64,000 nucleotides of DNA from an uncultured Alphaproteobacteria bacterium (GCA_963832575.1 CAWHUT010000002.1:125827-189826); one strand, 5' to 3'; counted from the first letter of the stretch, positions 9,934-19,220 are shown. The notes: generated by a model from the sequence alone, not told the origin. Numbers and translations: made by a program.

Positions 9934-10866
9934 TCACGACCGATGTGCCGGCTCGCGCAGGCGGGCGAACGCGGTCTTGAATTCCTCGGCCATGAGATTC
10001 GGCACGATGTCGAGGGCGCCCTTGGTGCGGTGGACCACTTTGAGGACCTGCGGCATGAGCTGGGCGTTGCGCAGCGGCAGATAGACCAGCTCCTTGCGCC
10101 GACGCTCGCCCTCGACCTCCATCTCGTTGAGGAAGGTGAGCCCCTCCTCGAGCATGGTCATGCGCTTCATGATGCCGATGGAATTGGTTTCGACGATCAT
10201 CTCGGGCCGCAGCCCCGCCTCCGCGAATGCGGCGTCCATGTTCTGGCGCACGAGCATCTTTGTATCGCCCATGACCAGGGGATAGGCCGCGCATTCCTGG
10301 AGATCGACGGAGGTGCGGCCGGCCAGCGGATGGGTGGGTGACACCACCGCGCCGAGCCAGCATTCGACGCTGGCGACGGTGTGAAGGGTGCGCGCGGGCG
10401 GGATATTGAAGGCCAGCCCGAGATCGATCTCGCCGGCCGTGACGGCATTGACGATGTCCTCGAGCGCGAGGCTGCGGATGAGAACGGTGATCTTCGGACG
10501 CCGGTGGCAGAATTCGGTCACGATCTTGGGCAGAAAATCGGTCGCCAGCCCGTCGACGGCGGCGATCGAAGCCTCGCCGTGGCGCAGCCCCTTGAGGTCC
10601 CGCATCATCGTGCAGACGCGCTCGTGCTGCTTGAGAGTGTCGTAGACATGACCGAGCAGCAGTTCGCCCGCCGCCGTGGGCCGCAAGCCCCGCGGCAGGC
10701 GCTCGAAGATCGGCGTGCCCAGCTCGTCCTCGAGAGCGAGGATTTGACGGTTGATCGAGGACGATGCCACGTTGAGCCGCGCGGCGGCCTTGCGGATCGA
10801 GCCGCAATGGGCAACTTCGCTCAGATACCTCAGCATTTTCGCGTGCAGCATGACAGGCGGTCCCAT
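9934..10866 (-). CDS. LysR-family transcriptional regulator
   Basis: HTH region LRYLSEVAHCGSIRKAAARLNVASSSINRQILALEDELG followed by a LysR substrate-binding domain. The start may be one of the internal Met codons (10851 or 10836). Confidence 0.9.
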   Translation of the reverse strand: MGPPVMLHAKMLRYLSEVAHCGSIRKAAARLNVASSSINRQILALEDELGTPIFERLPRGLRPTAAGELLLGHVYDTLKQHERVCTMMRDLKGLRHGEASIAAVDGLATDFLPKIVTEFCHRRPKITVLIRSLALEDIVNAVTAGEIDLGLAFNIPPARTLHTVASVECWLGAVVSPTHPLAGRTSVDLQECAAYPLVMGDTKMLVRQNMDAAFAEAGLRPEMIVETNSIGIMKRMTMLEEGLTFLNEMEVEGERRRKELVYLPLRNAQLMPQVLKVVHRTKGALDIVPNLMAEEFKTAFARLREPAHRS

Positions 10867-10880
10867 CCGTCAACGACCGT

Positions 10881-10921
10881 TGCCTTATAGGCAGCACTCT
10901 AATCGAAAATTGATGCTTTCC
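10881..10921 (+). promoter_or_regulatory. Copy B of the conserved 41-nt motif in the LysR / FAD-oxidase divergent region
   Basis: TGCCTTATAGGCAGCACTCTAATCGAAAATTGATGCTTTCC. TGCC-N5-GGCA is a T-N11-A palindrome 15 nt from the longest lysR start. Confidence 0.5.
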
Positions 10922-11002
10922 ATATGGTCGCTGCGTGCCCCGATAATGGGGATCGAGTGGGGTGTTCTCGGCGCAGCCGCGCGTCCCCCTGAAGGGGTTC
11001 CT

Positions 11003-12436
11003 ATGAACGATGCCGTGACGACAGAAGCGGTGGCGGGAAAGCTGGACCGGGATGCATTCCAGGCCCTGATCGGCGATGTGCCGGTCATCGACGACCCGGT
11101 CCAGGTCAAGCTGAAGTCGCGCGATTTCCATTGGTTCAGCCCGATCCTGCGCAAGACGCTGGCCGGCCTGGTGGCCGACCTGGTGGTGGTCCCGCGCTCG
11201 GAAACCGAGGTCATCCGCGTCGCCGCCGCCTGCGCCCGGCTCGGCCTGCCGCTGACGGTGCGCGGCGCGGGAACGGGGAATTACGGCCAGGCGATGCCGC
11301 TCCATGGCGGCATCCTCATGGAGATGACGTCGCTCAACACTCTGTGCTGGATCAGCGCGAAGCGCGACCACGTGCGCGCCCAGGCCGGCATGCGCATGTC
11401 CGAGCTCGACAAGCATGCCCGCGCCCAGGGCTGCGAGCTCAGGGTCCATCCCTCGACCAAGCGCTCCGCCACGGTCGGGGGCTATTTCGCGGGCGGGTCG
11501 GCCGGTGTCGGCGCCATCAATTTCGGCGGCCTGCGCGAGCCCGGCAATCTGCTGGGCGCGCGCGTGGTGACGCTGGAGGAAGAGCCGCGTGTCATAGAGT
11601 TGCGCGGTCCGGACACAGGGCTCGTCAATCGCACCTTCGGCAGCACCGGCATCATCACCGAAATCGAGATGCCGCTCGCGCCGATGCACCCGTGGCGCGA
11701 TTGCATCGTGACGTTCAACGGCTTCATGCCGGCCGTCCGCTTCGGGCATGCGCTGGGGAGCGACGGCGCCATCATCAAAAAGCTCATCACGCCGCTGGCG
11801 GCGCCGATGGTCGCTTACGTCCAGCCTGTCGCCGCGCGCGTGCCGCAAGGCGCCGACGTGGTGATCTGCATGATCTCCGAGGCGTCGATGGCGCGATTCG
11901 GCGCGCTCGTCAAAGCGCATGGCGGGACGATTGCGTGCGACGATGACGCCATCGCCGCCGAGACCGATCCCGCGCGCGTGCCGCTGTTCGAATACACCTT
12001 CGGCCACACCACCTTGAACGCGCTCAAGGTGGACCGCACGCTGACCTATCTGCAGACGCTGTTCGAGACCACGGACCAGCTCTTCGCCAAGCTGCCCCTG
12101 GTACTGGAGCAGTTCGGCGACGAATTGCTCCAGCATCTGGAATTCTATCTCTATGACGGGCATTTGGCGTGCAGCGGCGTTCCCGTCGTGCGCTACACCA
12201 CGCCCGAACGGTTGCAGGAAATAATGGATTTTCACGAGGCGAACGGGATCAGCGTCGCCAATCCGCACATCTCCACCGTCGAGGACGGCAGCCGCTACAA
12301 GCGCGCGCCCGGCGACCAGCTCAAATTCAAGGCCGAGGTCGATCCGCTGGGGCTGCTCAATCCCGGCAAGATGCGCTCCTATATGCCGGTGCGCGCCTGG
12401 CAGCCGCACGCGGCGGTAGAGGCGCGCGGGCGCTAG
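11003..12436 (+). CDS. FAD-binding (PCMH-type, FAD_binding_4) oxidoreductase
   Basis: VVPRSETEVIRVAAACARLGLPLTVRGAGTGNYGQ motif. The start is placed at ATG 11003 (MNDAVTTE...) because the upstream part of ORF 10751 overlaps the lysR promoter region. Confidence 0.75.
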   Translation: MNDAVTTEAVAGKLDRDAFQALIGDVPVIDDPVQVKLKSRDFHWFSPILRKTLAGLVADLVVVPRSETEVIRVAAACARLGLPLTVRGAGTGNYGQAMPLHGGILMEMTSLNTLCWISAKRDHVRAQAGMRMSELDKHARAQGCELRVHPSTKRSATVGGYFAGGSAGVGAINFGGLREPGNLLGARVVTLEEEPRVIELRGPDTGLVNRTFGSTGIITEIEMPLAPMHPWRDCIVTFNGFMPAVRFGHALGSDGAIIKKLITPLAAPMVAYVQPVAARVPQGADVVICMISEASMARFGALVKAHGGTIACDDDAIAAETDPARVPLFEYTFGHTTLNALKVDRTLTYLQTLFETTDQLFAKLPLVLEQFGDELLQHLEFYLYDGHLACSGVPVVRYTTPERLQEIMDFHEANGISVANPHISTVEDGSRYKRAPGDQLKFKAEVDPLGLLNPGKMRSYMPVRAWQPHAAVEARGR

Positions 12437-12445
12437 GCGTTTCGC

Positions 12446-12874
12446 GTGACCCTCCCTCCTGCGATCAAGAAGTCTCTCGGCGACTGTCCGGTCTATCGCA
12501 TCTCGCCGGCGGATACGAACTACTTCGCCCTGGTGTTCGATCCGCCGGGCGAAGGCTGCGACCTCGTCGCGGTGGTCGAGATCTTCGCGCCGGGCGGACG
12601 GACGCCGCCCAACGCCCATCGCACCGCCCATGAAATGTTTTTCGTGCTCGCCGGCGAGGGCCGTGCGCGCGCCGGCGGCGACTGGATCGCGCTCGCCAAG
12701 GGCGATGCGCTGATGATCAAACCCGGGACCGAGCACGTGGTCGAGAACACCGGCTCCGGCAAGCTCTATTGCCTGACCTGCATGGTTCCGGACGAGGCTT
12801 TCGCGGCCTTGATCAGGTCCGGGACGCCGATGACGCTGGACGACGAAGACCGCCGGGTTCTCGGAGCCGCGTGA
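12446..12874 (+). CDS. Cupin-domain protein
   Basis: PGGRTPPNAHRTAHEMFFVLAGEG...GDALMIKPGTEHVVEN is a classic two-motif cupin signature. Its stop overlaps the next start (gtgATGg). Confidence 0.75.
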   Translation: MTLPPAIKKSLGDCPVYRISPADTNYFALVFDPPGEGCDLVAVVEIFAPGGRTPPNAHRTAHEMFFVLAGEGRARAGGDWIALAKGDALMIKPGTEHVVENTGSGKLYCLTCMVPDEAFAALIRSGTPMTLDDEDRRVLGAA

Positions 12875-14535
12875 TGGCGCGCTATCGGGTGGCGCCGCGC
12901 GAAGAGCAGTCGATGCACTGCCGCGACGGCGTGCGGCTCGATGCCCATGTCTATCGCCCCGACGGTGCCGGGCCGTTTCCGGTCCTGCTGATGCGCCAGC
13001 CCTATGGACGCGCCATCGCCTCGACGGTCACCTTCGCCCATCCGAGCTGGTACGCGAGCCACGGATATATCGTCGTCATCCAGGACGTGCGCGGACGCGG
13101 CACATCGCAAGGCGAGTTCCGCCTCTTCCTCGACGAGGCCGCCGACGGCCACGATGCCATCGACTGGGCCGCGGCGCTGCCGGGCTCGAGCGGTGCCGTC
13201 GGCATGTATGGCTTTTCCTACCAGGCCATGACGCAATACTTCGCGGCGAGCGGCCGCCACCCCAGCCTCAAGGCGCTGTCGCCGGCGATGGGCGCCTGGG
13301 ACCTTCATGCCGACCTCGCCTACGAAGGCGGCAGCCTGCGGCTGCAGGCCGGCGTCGGCTGGGCGCTTCAGCTGGCGACCGAAAGCGCGCGGCGCGTCGG
13401 CAACGCCGCGGCGCATCAGGCGCTGTTCGCCGCGGCCAAGACCATGAATTTCCACGAGGCGACACCGGCGCGCCCGCAGGTCTTGACCGCCCACGGCGCC
13501 TATACGCACTGGTCCGATTGGCTCGAACATGATGCGGCCGATGATGTCTATTGGCGTCTGCGTTCGCCGCGCACCGTGGCGGCTGATCTTGATCTGCCGA
13601 TCCTGCATGTCGGCGGCTGGTTCGATGCCCTGCTGACCGGCACGCTCGCGGCCTATCGTCATTTCGCGGCGCGCGCCAAGGCGCCGCAGAAGCTCGTCAT
13701 CGGGCCGTGGGCGCATGTCCATTGGGGAAGGCGGGCCGGCCAGCTCGATCATGGCGCGGAGGCTGCGAGTACAATCGACCGATTGCAGTTACGTTGGTTC
13801 GACCATTGGCTGCGCGGCATCGATACCGGCATTGTCGAGGAGCCGCCGGTGCAGCTCTTCGAGCTCGGCAGCAATCGCTGGCGTAGCTTTGCGGCCTGGC
13901 CGGATCCGCCACGGGCATCGTTCTATCCCGTGAGCGACGGGCTCGCCGCCATTGACCCCGGCGCCGGCCGGCTCGTCACGCAACCCGGCGACGCCGGCGA
14001 GGATGTCATCGTCGCCGACCCCTGGCGCCCCGCGCCGACCCTAGGCGGCCATCTCGGCTTCCCTGCCGGTCCCGCGGACCGCGCTGCCGTCGACCAGCGC
14101 AGCGATTGCGCGACCTACACCACGCCGCCCCTCAATGTGCCCATGGCAATCGCCGGCGAGCTCGCGGTCGAGGTGTTCGCGCATGCGGACCAGCCGTCGT
14201 TCGATTTAGCCGCCATTCTTTCCGTCGTCCACCCGGAGGGACGGGTCCTGCCGCTGACCGAAGGGTACGCGCGCGTCGACCGCCCGGGCGCGCCGATTGT
14301 CATCGCGATGCGCGCGATCGCCGCCAGCATCCCGGCCGGCGCGGCCCTGCGGCTCTCGCTCCAGCCGGGCTCCTTTCCCGCTCATCCCGTCAATCCCGGC
14401 ACGGGCGAGCCCCCGGACCGGGCGCGCCTCATCGACGAGCGGATCATCACGATCACGCTCCAGCACGGCGCGGGCACGCCGTCCCGTCTGTTGGTACCGC
14501 TCGCACGATCCGATCTGGGCGTCGTGAGAAATTGA
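12874..14535 (+). CDS. CocE/NonD-family (S15 X-Pro dipeptidyl-peptidase-like) alpha/beta hydrolase
   Basis: RDGVRLDAHVYRP...PVLLMRQPYGR...GYIVVIQDVRGRGTSQGEF...GMYGFSYQA (nucleophile elbow). Confidence 0.8.
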   Translation: MARYRVAPREEQSMHCRDGVRLDAHVYRPDGAGPFPVLLMRQPYGRAIASTVTFAHPSWYASHGYIVVIQDVRGRGTSQGEFRLFLDEAADGHDAIDWAAALPGSSGAVGMYGFSYQAMTQYFAASGRHPSLKALSPAMGAWDLHADLAYEGGSLRLQAGVGWALQLATESARRVGNAAAHQALFAAAKTMNFHEATPARPQVLTAHGAYTHWSDWLEHDAADDVYWRLRSPRTVAADLDLPILHVGGWFDALLTGTLAAYRHFAARAKAPQKLVIGPWAHVHWGRRAGQLDHGAEAASTIDRLQLRWFDHWLRGIDTGIVEEPPVQLFELGSNRWRSFAAWPDPPRASFYPVSDGLAAIDPGAGRLVTQPGDAGEDVIVADPWRPAPTLGGHLGFPAGPADRAAVDQRSDCATYTTPPLNVPMAIAGELAVEVFAHADQPSFDLAAILSVVHPEGRVLPLTEGYARVDRPGAPIVIAMRAIAASIPAGAALRLSLQPGSFPAHPVNPGTGEPPDRARLIDERIITITLQHGAGTPSRLLVPLARSDLGVVRN

Positions 14536-15356
14536 CCGCGTCGTCGCACCCCCTCGCCGGCAAGATCGCCATTGTCACCGGCGCAAGCCGCGGGCTCGGC
14601 CGGGCGATCGCGCTGGCGCTTGTCGATGCCGGCGCCTGCGTCGTCGGCACCGCAAACCGCAGTATTGCCGAGCTCGAAGCCGTCGCGGCTGAGCGCCACG
14701 GCAGGATCATCCCCTCGCGCGTGGATAGCGCCGACCGCGCGGCCTGCGTGCGGCTGGTCGCGGAGACCGAACGCGATCTCGGCCACGTCGACATCCTCGT
14801 GAACAATGCCGGGCTGGGCATGATTCACGTGCGGCGCGACTATCCCCATAACCCGACGCCCTTCTGGGAATGCCCCGGTGAGATGTGGGACCGGATGCTG
14901 CAGGTCAATCTCAGCGGCGCCTTCTATCTCGCGGCGGCGACCGCGCCGCAGATGAAGGCCGCCGGCTGGGGCCGCATCATCAATATCGGCACCCGCCGGC
15001 GCACCATGGTCCTGCCGAGCTTTTCACCCTATGGCGCGTCGAAGGCGGGGCTCGAAGCGGCGTCGGTGGTCTGGGCGAAGGATCTGGCCGGGACCGGCGT
15101 GACCGTGAACGTGCTCCTGCCCGGCGGCATGGCGGACACGACGCTCGTGCCCGATGCTCATCGCCGATCCAGCGAGACGCACGCCGGGCTCATGAGCCCG
15201 GACATCATGGCCGAGCCCGTGGTGTGGCTGGCCAGCGCGGCCTCGGATGGCGTCACCGGCCGTCGCGTCGTCGCGAGCAAATGGGCGGCGGGCCTGGCCG
15301 CGGCCGTGAGCGATGCCGGATGGGGCGTGGGCGGACACCCGACCGACGACGACTAA
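14532..15356 (+). CDS. SDR-family oxidoreductase
   Basis: TGASRGLGRAIA (TGxxxGxG) and YGASKAGLE (YxxxK). The only in-frame start shortly before the Rossmann motif is TTG 14532, which overlaps the CocE stop. The exact start is uncertain. Confidence 0.75.
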   Translation: MTASSHPLAGKIAIVTGASRGLGRAIALALVDAGACVVGTANRSIAELEAVAAERHGRIIPSRVDSADRAACVRLVAETERDLGHVDILVNNAGLGMIHVRRDYPHNPTPFWECPGEMWDRMLQVNLSGAFYLAAATAPQMKAAGWGRIINIGTRRRTMVLPSFSPYGASKAGLEAASVVWAKDLAGTGVTVNVLLPGGMADTTLVPDAHRRSSETHAGLMSPDIMAEPVVWLASAASDGVTGRRVVASKWAAGLAAAVSDAGWGVGGHPTDDD

Positions 15357-15373
15357 GATCGGAAACGGTAGCG

Positions 15374-16483
15374 TCAGCGCTCGCGTGCCGGATCGTAAAG
15401 CGGGCTCTCGAGATAACGGCCGAGCGCAAAGCGCACCAGCACACCCGCCACCGCCGCGGTCGGCACGGCGATGAGGACACCCAGGAAGCCGAATAGGCTG
15501 CCGAAGGCCAGAAGCGCGAAGATGATCCATACCGGATGGAGATTGACCCGCCCGCCGACGAGCCGCGGCGACAGCAGGTTGCTTTCGCAGAAAGCGCCCA
15601 CCGCGAAAACGCCCAGCACGGCGACGATCCGCGCGCCAATCCCGAACTTGACGAGGCCGAGACCCAGCGCCAGCAGCAGGCCCGTCATGATGCCCACGAA
15701 CGGGACGAACGACAGGATGCCGGTGAGGATGCCGACGATCACCGCGAAATCGATCCCCACGACGGTGAGCGCCACGCCGTAATAGACGGCATCCACCAAC
15801 CCCACCAGCAGCTGCCCATGCACGAAGCCCGCGAGGGTCGCGTCGATGCGGCGCGCCTGCTCGCGGATGGTGGCGGCATGCCTGCGCGGCAGCCAGCCAT
15901 CGATCTCGGCGAGGATGCGGTGCCAATCGCGCAAGAGAAAAAACGACACGACCGGCGTCACGATGATGAGCGACAGGATATTGGCAAGCGCGAGCCCGCC
16001 GGAGACGAGCCGCTCGAGCAGTCGCGCCGCCCAGCCAAGCATGGACGCCATCTGCGCCGCGGCAAAATCCCTGAGCTTTGCGATGTCGTCGGGTGCGAGA
16101 AATTGCTGGGCGGTCGCGAGCAGCGCCGCGATTTCGCTGCGGCCATAGGCGACCGCCTCGGGCGCGCGGCGCGCGAGTTCCGCGGCCTCAAGCTGCAGCA
16201 GCGGCACCAGCAGCGCCAGGATCAACCCGACGCCCAGAAAGAAGCAGAGCAGAACGAGGCCGGCACTCAGTCCACGCGGCAGCCGCCACGCCGCGAGCCT
16301 GTCGACGGCGGGATTGAGGAAATAGGCGATCGCGCAGCCCGCGACGAACGGCAACAGAATGCCGCTCAAGAGATCGAAAAGCAGGATGAGGACGCCGAGC
16401 GCGCCGAGCCAGAAAAGCCACGCGACGCGCTCCACGGGACATCCCCCCGATGACCGGTCTCTGCGCGGGCATGATGCCCCCAT
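15374..16483 (-). CDS. AI-2E family (PerM/UPF0118) transporter
   Basis: Multi-pass membrane protein. LPFVAGCAIAYFLNP... and C-terminal GFLGVLIAVP resemble the AI-2E family. The start may be internal. Confidence 0.7.
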   Translation of the reverse strand: MGASCPRRDRSSGGCPVERVAWLFWLGALGVLILLFDLLSGILLPFVAGCAIAYFLNPAVDRLAAWRLPRGLSAGLVLLCFFLGVGLILALLVPLLQLEAAELARRAPEAVAYGRSEIAALLATAQQFLAPDDIAKLRDFAAAQMASMLGWAARLLERLVSGGLALANILSLIIVTPVVSFFLLRDWHRILAEIDGWLPRRHAATIREQARRIDATLAGFVHGQLLVGLVDAVYYGVALTVVGIDFAVIVGILTGILSFVPFVGIMTGLLLALGLGLVKFGIGARIVAVLGVFAVGAFCESNLLSPRLVGGRVNLHPVWIIFALLAFGSLFGFLGVLIAVPTAAVAGVLVRFALGRYLESPLYDPARER

Positions 16484-16544
16484 TGCCCTTCGCGGGCAAG
16501 ACGGACCGGGGCGTGTTCTCGGTCAGTCGGGATCGGCGGTACGA

Positions 16545-17876
16545 CTACTCCGCGGCCCAGCGCGGCGCCGCGTTGGCGTGCCTGCGCATCTGTTCCTCAT
16601 AGGCCTCGCGGAACGGCTGGCCGTCGGGAGCCACGAAATTGCCCGCGCGATGGCCGCGATAGCTGCCGGCATCGTCAACACCCGGCAACTTCGTCGATTT
16701 GTCCTTCGCGAACGCGTCGACGAGACGGAGGAGCTTGTGCCGTGCGCGCGCGATCATCGCGTCGCTCGGGGTGAGATTCTCGAGCGTGCGGTCGCTGATC
16801 GGCCCCAGCATGCCGCCGATCGCATTGTCCTGCACGGTGAGCCCGAAGATGCCGCTGAACACGCCGCCATGACGCTGCGCCTCGCGGTCGATGAGATAGT
16901 CGTTGCCGGCGTTGTTCACAAGGCGCCAGCGCCCGAACCAGTCGGTGGTGTTGGGCAGGTACGCGATGCCGCTGTCGGCGGCCGTGCCGAGCCCCGGGAT
17001 CGGCTCACCCGAGCTCAGCCGGGACCGCATCCGACCCATGGTCGCGCGGTTGATCGTGATGACGAGGGTGTGGGTATCGTCCATCGGGATGTAGCCCTTC
17101 ATCATGATCTGGTCGGCGAGCATGGCGGCGGGCGGGATCACCCAGAAGGGGACGATGAAGTGGGCAAGCCGCCAATGGGTGTGGGCGGAGTCCGCCGGAC
17201 GGTAAGCGCCGTACATCAGCCCCAAGGCTGTGTCCTCGATATGGAATTGCGGCGTGCGGTCGGCGGCGAGGTAGGTGAGCGTGTCGCCCGGAACCATCTC
17301 GACCGGGTCGACGCCGCCGAGATGGAGAAAGCCGAAATGCGACGTATCGAGGTCGTTCTCCAGGCCTTGGAACCAGTTGTAACCCTGCTGGATGATGCGG
17401 ACGGAGATGTCGTCACTCTTCAGATCGTTGAGCTCGAAATCGGGGAAAGGCGGCGCTTCGGCGCGGTCGCCCATGTAGAGCCAGATCACGCCGTAGCGTT
17501 CCGTCGTGCGATAGGCCTTGGCCTTGATCTTGTGCTTGAAATCCTGATGCGCCGGAACGTTCGCCATCTCCAGGCAGTTGCCCGCCACGTCGAACTTCCA
17601 GCCGTGATAGATGCAGCGTATGCCGTCTTTCTCGTTGCGCCCGAAGAACAGCGATGCGCAGCGGTGCGGGCAGCGGTGATCGAGGATGCCGAGGCGGCCG
17701 GACGTGTCGCGGAACGCGATCAGCGGCTCGCCGAGCGCCATCAGCCGCACGGGATCGCCGTCGGCCACGACCTCGTCCGAGCGGGCCACCGGTATCCAAT
17801 ACTCGCGCATCAGCGCGCCCATCGGCGTGCCCGGACCGACCCGGGTCAGAAGCTCGTTCTCGCGCGCCGTCGTCAT
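16545..17876 (-). CDS. Rieske 2Fe-2S oxygenase alpha subunit, class IA (phthalate/VanA-type) family
   Basis: CPHRCASL...CIYHGWKF Rieske motif. The start is taken at MTTARENELL. No adjacent reductase or beta subunit. Confidence 0.85.
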   Translation of the reverse strand: MTTARENELLTRVGPGTPMGALMREYWIPVARSDEVVADGDPVRLMALGEPLIAFRDTSGRLGILDHRCPHRCASLFFGRNEKDGIRCIYHGWKFDVAGNCLEMANVPAHQDFKHKIKAKAYRTTERYGVIWLYMGDRAEAPPFPDFELNDLKSDDISVRIIQQGYNWFQGLENDLDTSHFGFLHLGGVDPVEMVPGDTLTYLAADRTPQFHIEDTALGLMYGAYRPADSAHTHWRLAHFIVPFWVIPPAAMLADQIMMKGYIPMDDTHTLVITINRATMGRMRSRLSSGEPIPGLGTAADSGIAYLPNTTDWFGRWRLVNNAGNDYLIDREAQRHGGVFSGIFGLTVQDNAIGGMLGPISDRTLENLTPSDAMIARARHKLLRLVDAFAKDKSTKLPGVDDAGSYRGHRAGNFVAPDGQPFREAYEEQMRRHANAAPRWAAE

Positions 17877-18029
17877 GGCGCCCTCCCTCGCATGGCCGCA
17901 CCGCAACGGAACTATAACGCCGCGAAATCACGGGTGTTAATCCCTTGCTGTGGGCTCCCCTGAAAACCGTTCATCTCGCTCGCGATCGCGGCGCCGCGGC
18001 GCTAGCATCCCACCGGGGAGGATACCGCC

Positions 18030-19220
18030 ATGAAACGCAGCGTCGATCGCATCCTGACCACCCACGCCGGCAGCCTGCCGCGCCCCAATGATCTGCTCGA
18101 GCTCTATCGGGATAATGCACCCGACACGGTTCTGCTGCCACGGCTGAAATCCGCGATCGCGGAGATCGTGGCGCTCCAATCCGACGCTGGCGTCGATGTC
18201 GTCAACGATGGCGAATTCGGCAAGGCCATGCGCGCGGCCGTCGATTATGGCGCGTGGTGGTCCTACGTCTACGATCGCCTTGCGGGATTCGAGCTGCGGC
18301 AGGCCCAAGCCGCAAAGGCGCGGGCGGGGTGGACCTTCGGCAGCAAGGAACGCAAGGAATTCGCCCTGTTCTACAAGGAAGACGGCGGCATGGGCAGCGC
18401 CGGCCAGAGCGGCAGCAGCTCCGCCCGCATGTTCGGGCTCGTCTGCGCCGGGCCGGTCAAGTACACGGGCCACGCCGCCGTCGCGCGCGACATCGAAAAC
18501 CTGAAAGCGGCGATGCGCGGCGCGCGCGCGGAAGAAGCCTTCATGACGGCCGTGTCGCCGGCAACCCTGCAAATCCTGCCGAACGAGCATTACAAGAATC
18601 GGGAAGACTATACCTGGGCGCTGGCCGAGGCGATTCACGCGGAATACAAGGCCATCACCGACGCGGGATTCATTCTCCAGATCGACGATCCGGCGCTCGT
18701 CGATGTCTACGATTGGTGGTTCTCGCTGAACGACGACATGGCCGGCTACCGGCGGTGGGCAGAATTGCAGGTCGAAGCGGTGAACCACGCCCTCAAAGGC
18801 ATCCCGGAAGACCGCGTCCGCTTCCATATCTGCTGGGGCAGTTGGCACGGGCCCCACCAGGGCGACGTTCCGCTTAGGGACGTCGTGGACCTTCTGGTCA
18901 AGGTGAAGGCGCAGGGCTATTCGGTCGAAGCCGGCAACGTGCGCCACGAGCATGAGTGGAAAGTGTGGCGCGACGTCGCGAAATTGCCGGCCGGGAAAAT
19001 CCTCATCCCCGGCGTGGTAAGCCACGCGACCAACGTGCTGGAACATCCAGAACTCGTCGCGGATCGCCTCATCCAATATGCCGGGGTCGTGGGACGCGAG
19101 AATGTCATCGCCGGAACCGACTGCGGCCTGGGGGGGTGGATTCATCCGCAGTTGGCGTGGGAGAAGCTGCGCGCGCTGCGCGAGGGCGCTGATTTGGCCT
19201 CGCGGCAGCTTTGGAAATAG
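18030..19220 (+). CDS. Cobalamin-independent methionine synthase II-like (MetE C-terminal-domain family) Zn enzyme
   Basis: THAGSLPRP N-terminus. Putative Zn ligands are in RFHICWG (H-x-C), EAGN (Glu) and GTDCG (Cys). Paralogue at 56432-57613. Confidence 0.75.
   Translation: MKRSVDRILTTHAGSLPRPNDLLELYRDNAPDTVLLPRLKSAIAEIVALQSDAGVDVVNDGEFGKAMRAAVDYGAWWSYVYDRLAGFELRQAQAAKARAGWTFGSKERKEFALFYKEDGGMGSAGQSGSSSARMFGLVCAGPVKYTGHAAVARDIENLKAAMRGARAEEAFMTAVSPATLQILPNEHYKNREDYTWALAEAIHAEYKAITDAGFILQIDDPALVDVYDWWFSLNDDMAGYRRWAELQVEAVNHALKGIPEDRVRFHICWGSWHGPHQGDVPLRDVVDLLVKVKAQGYSVEAGNVRHEHEWKVWRDVAKLPAGKILIPGVVSHATNVLEHPELVADRLIQYAGVVGRENVIAGTDCGLGGWIHPQLAWEKLRALREGADLASRQLWK

Noticed and set aside
9782-12736. 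984-aa minus-strand ORF spanning lysR, the divergent promoter and the FAD-oxidase gene.
   Set aside because: It overlaps two well-supported genes plus an intergenic operator, and its composition (R, A, G, H, D rich) has no domain signature. This is a GC-rich antisense artefact.
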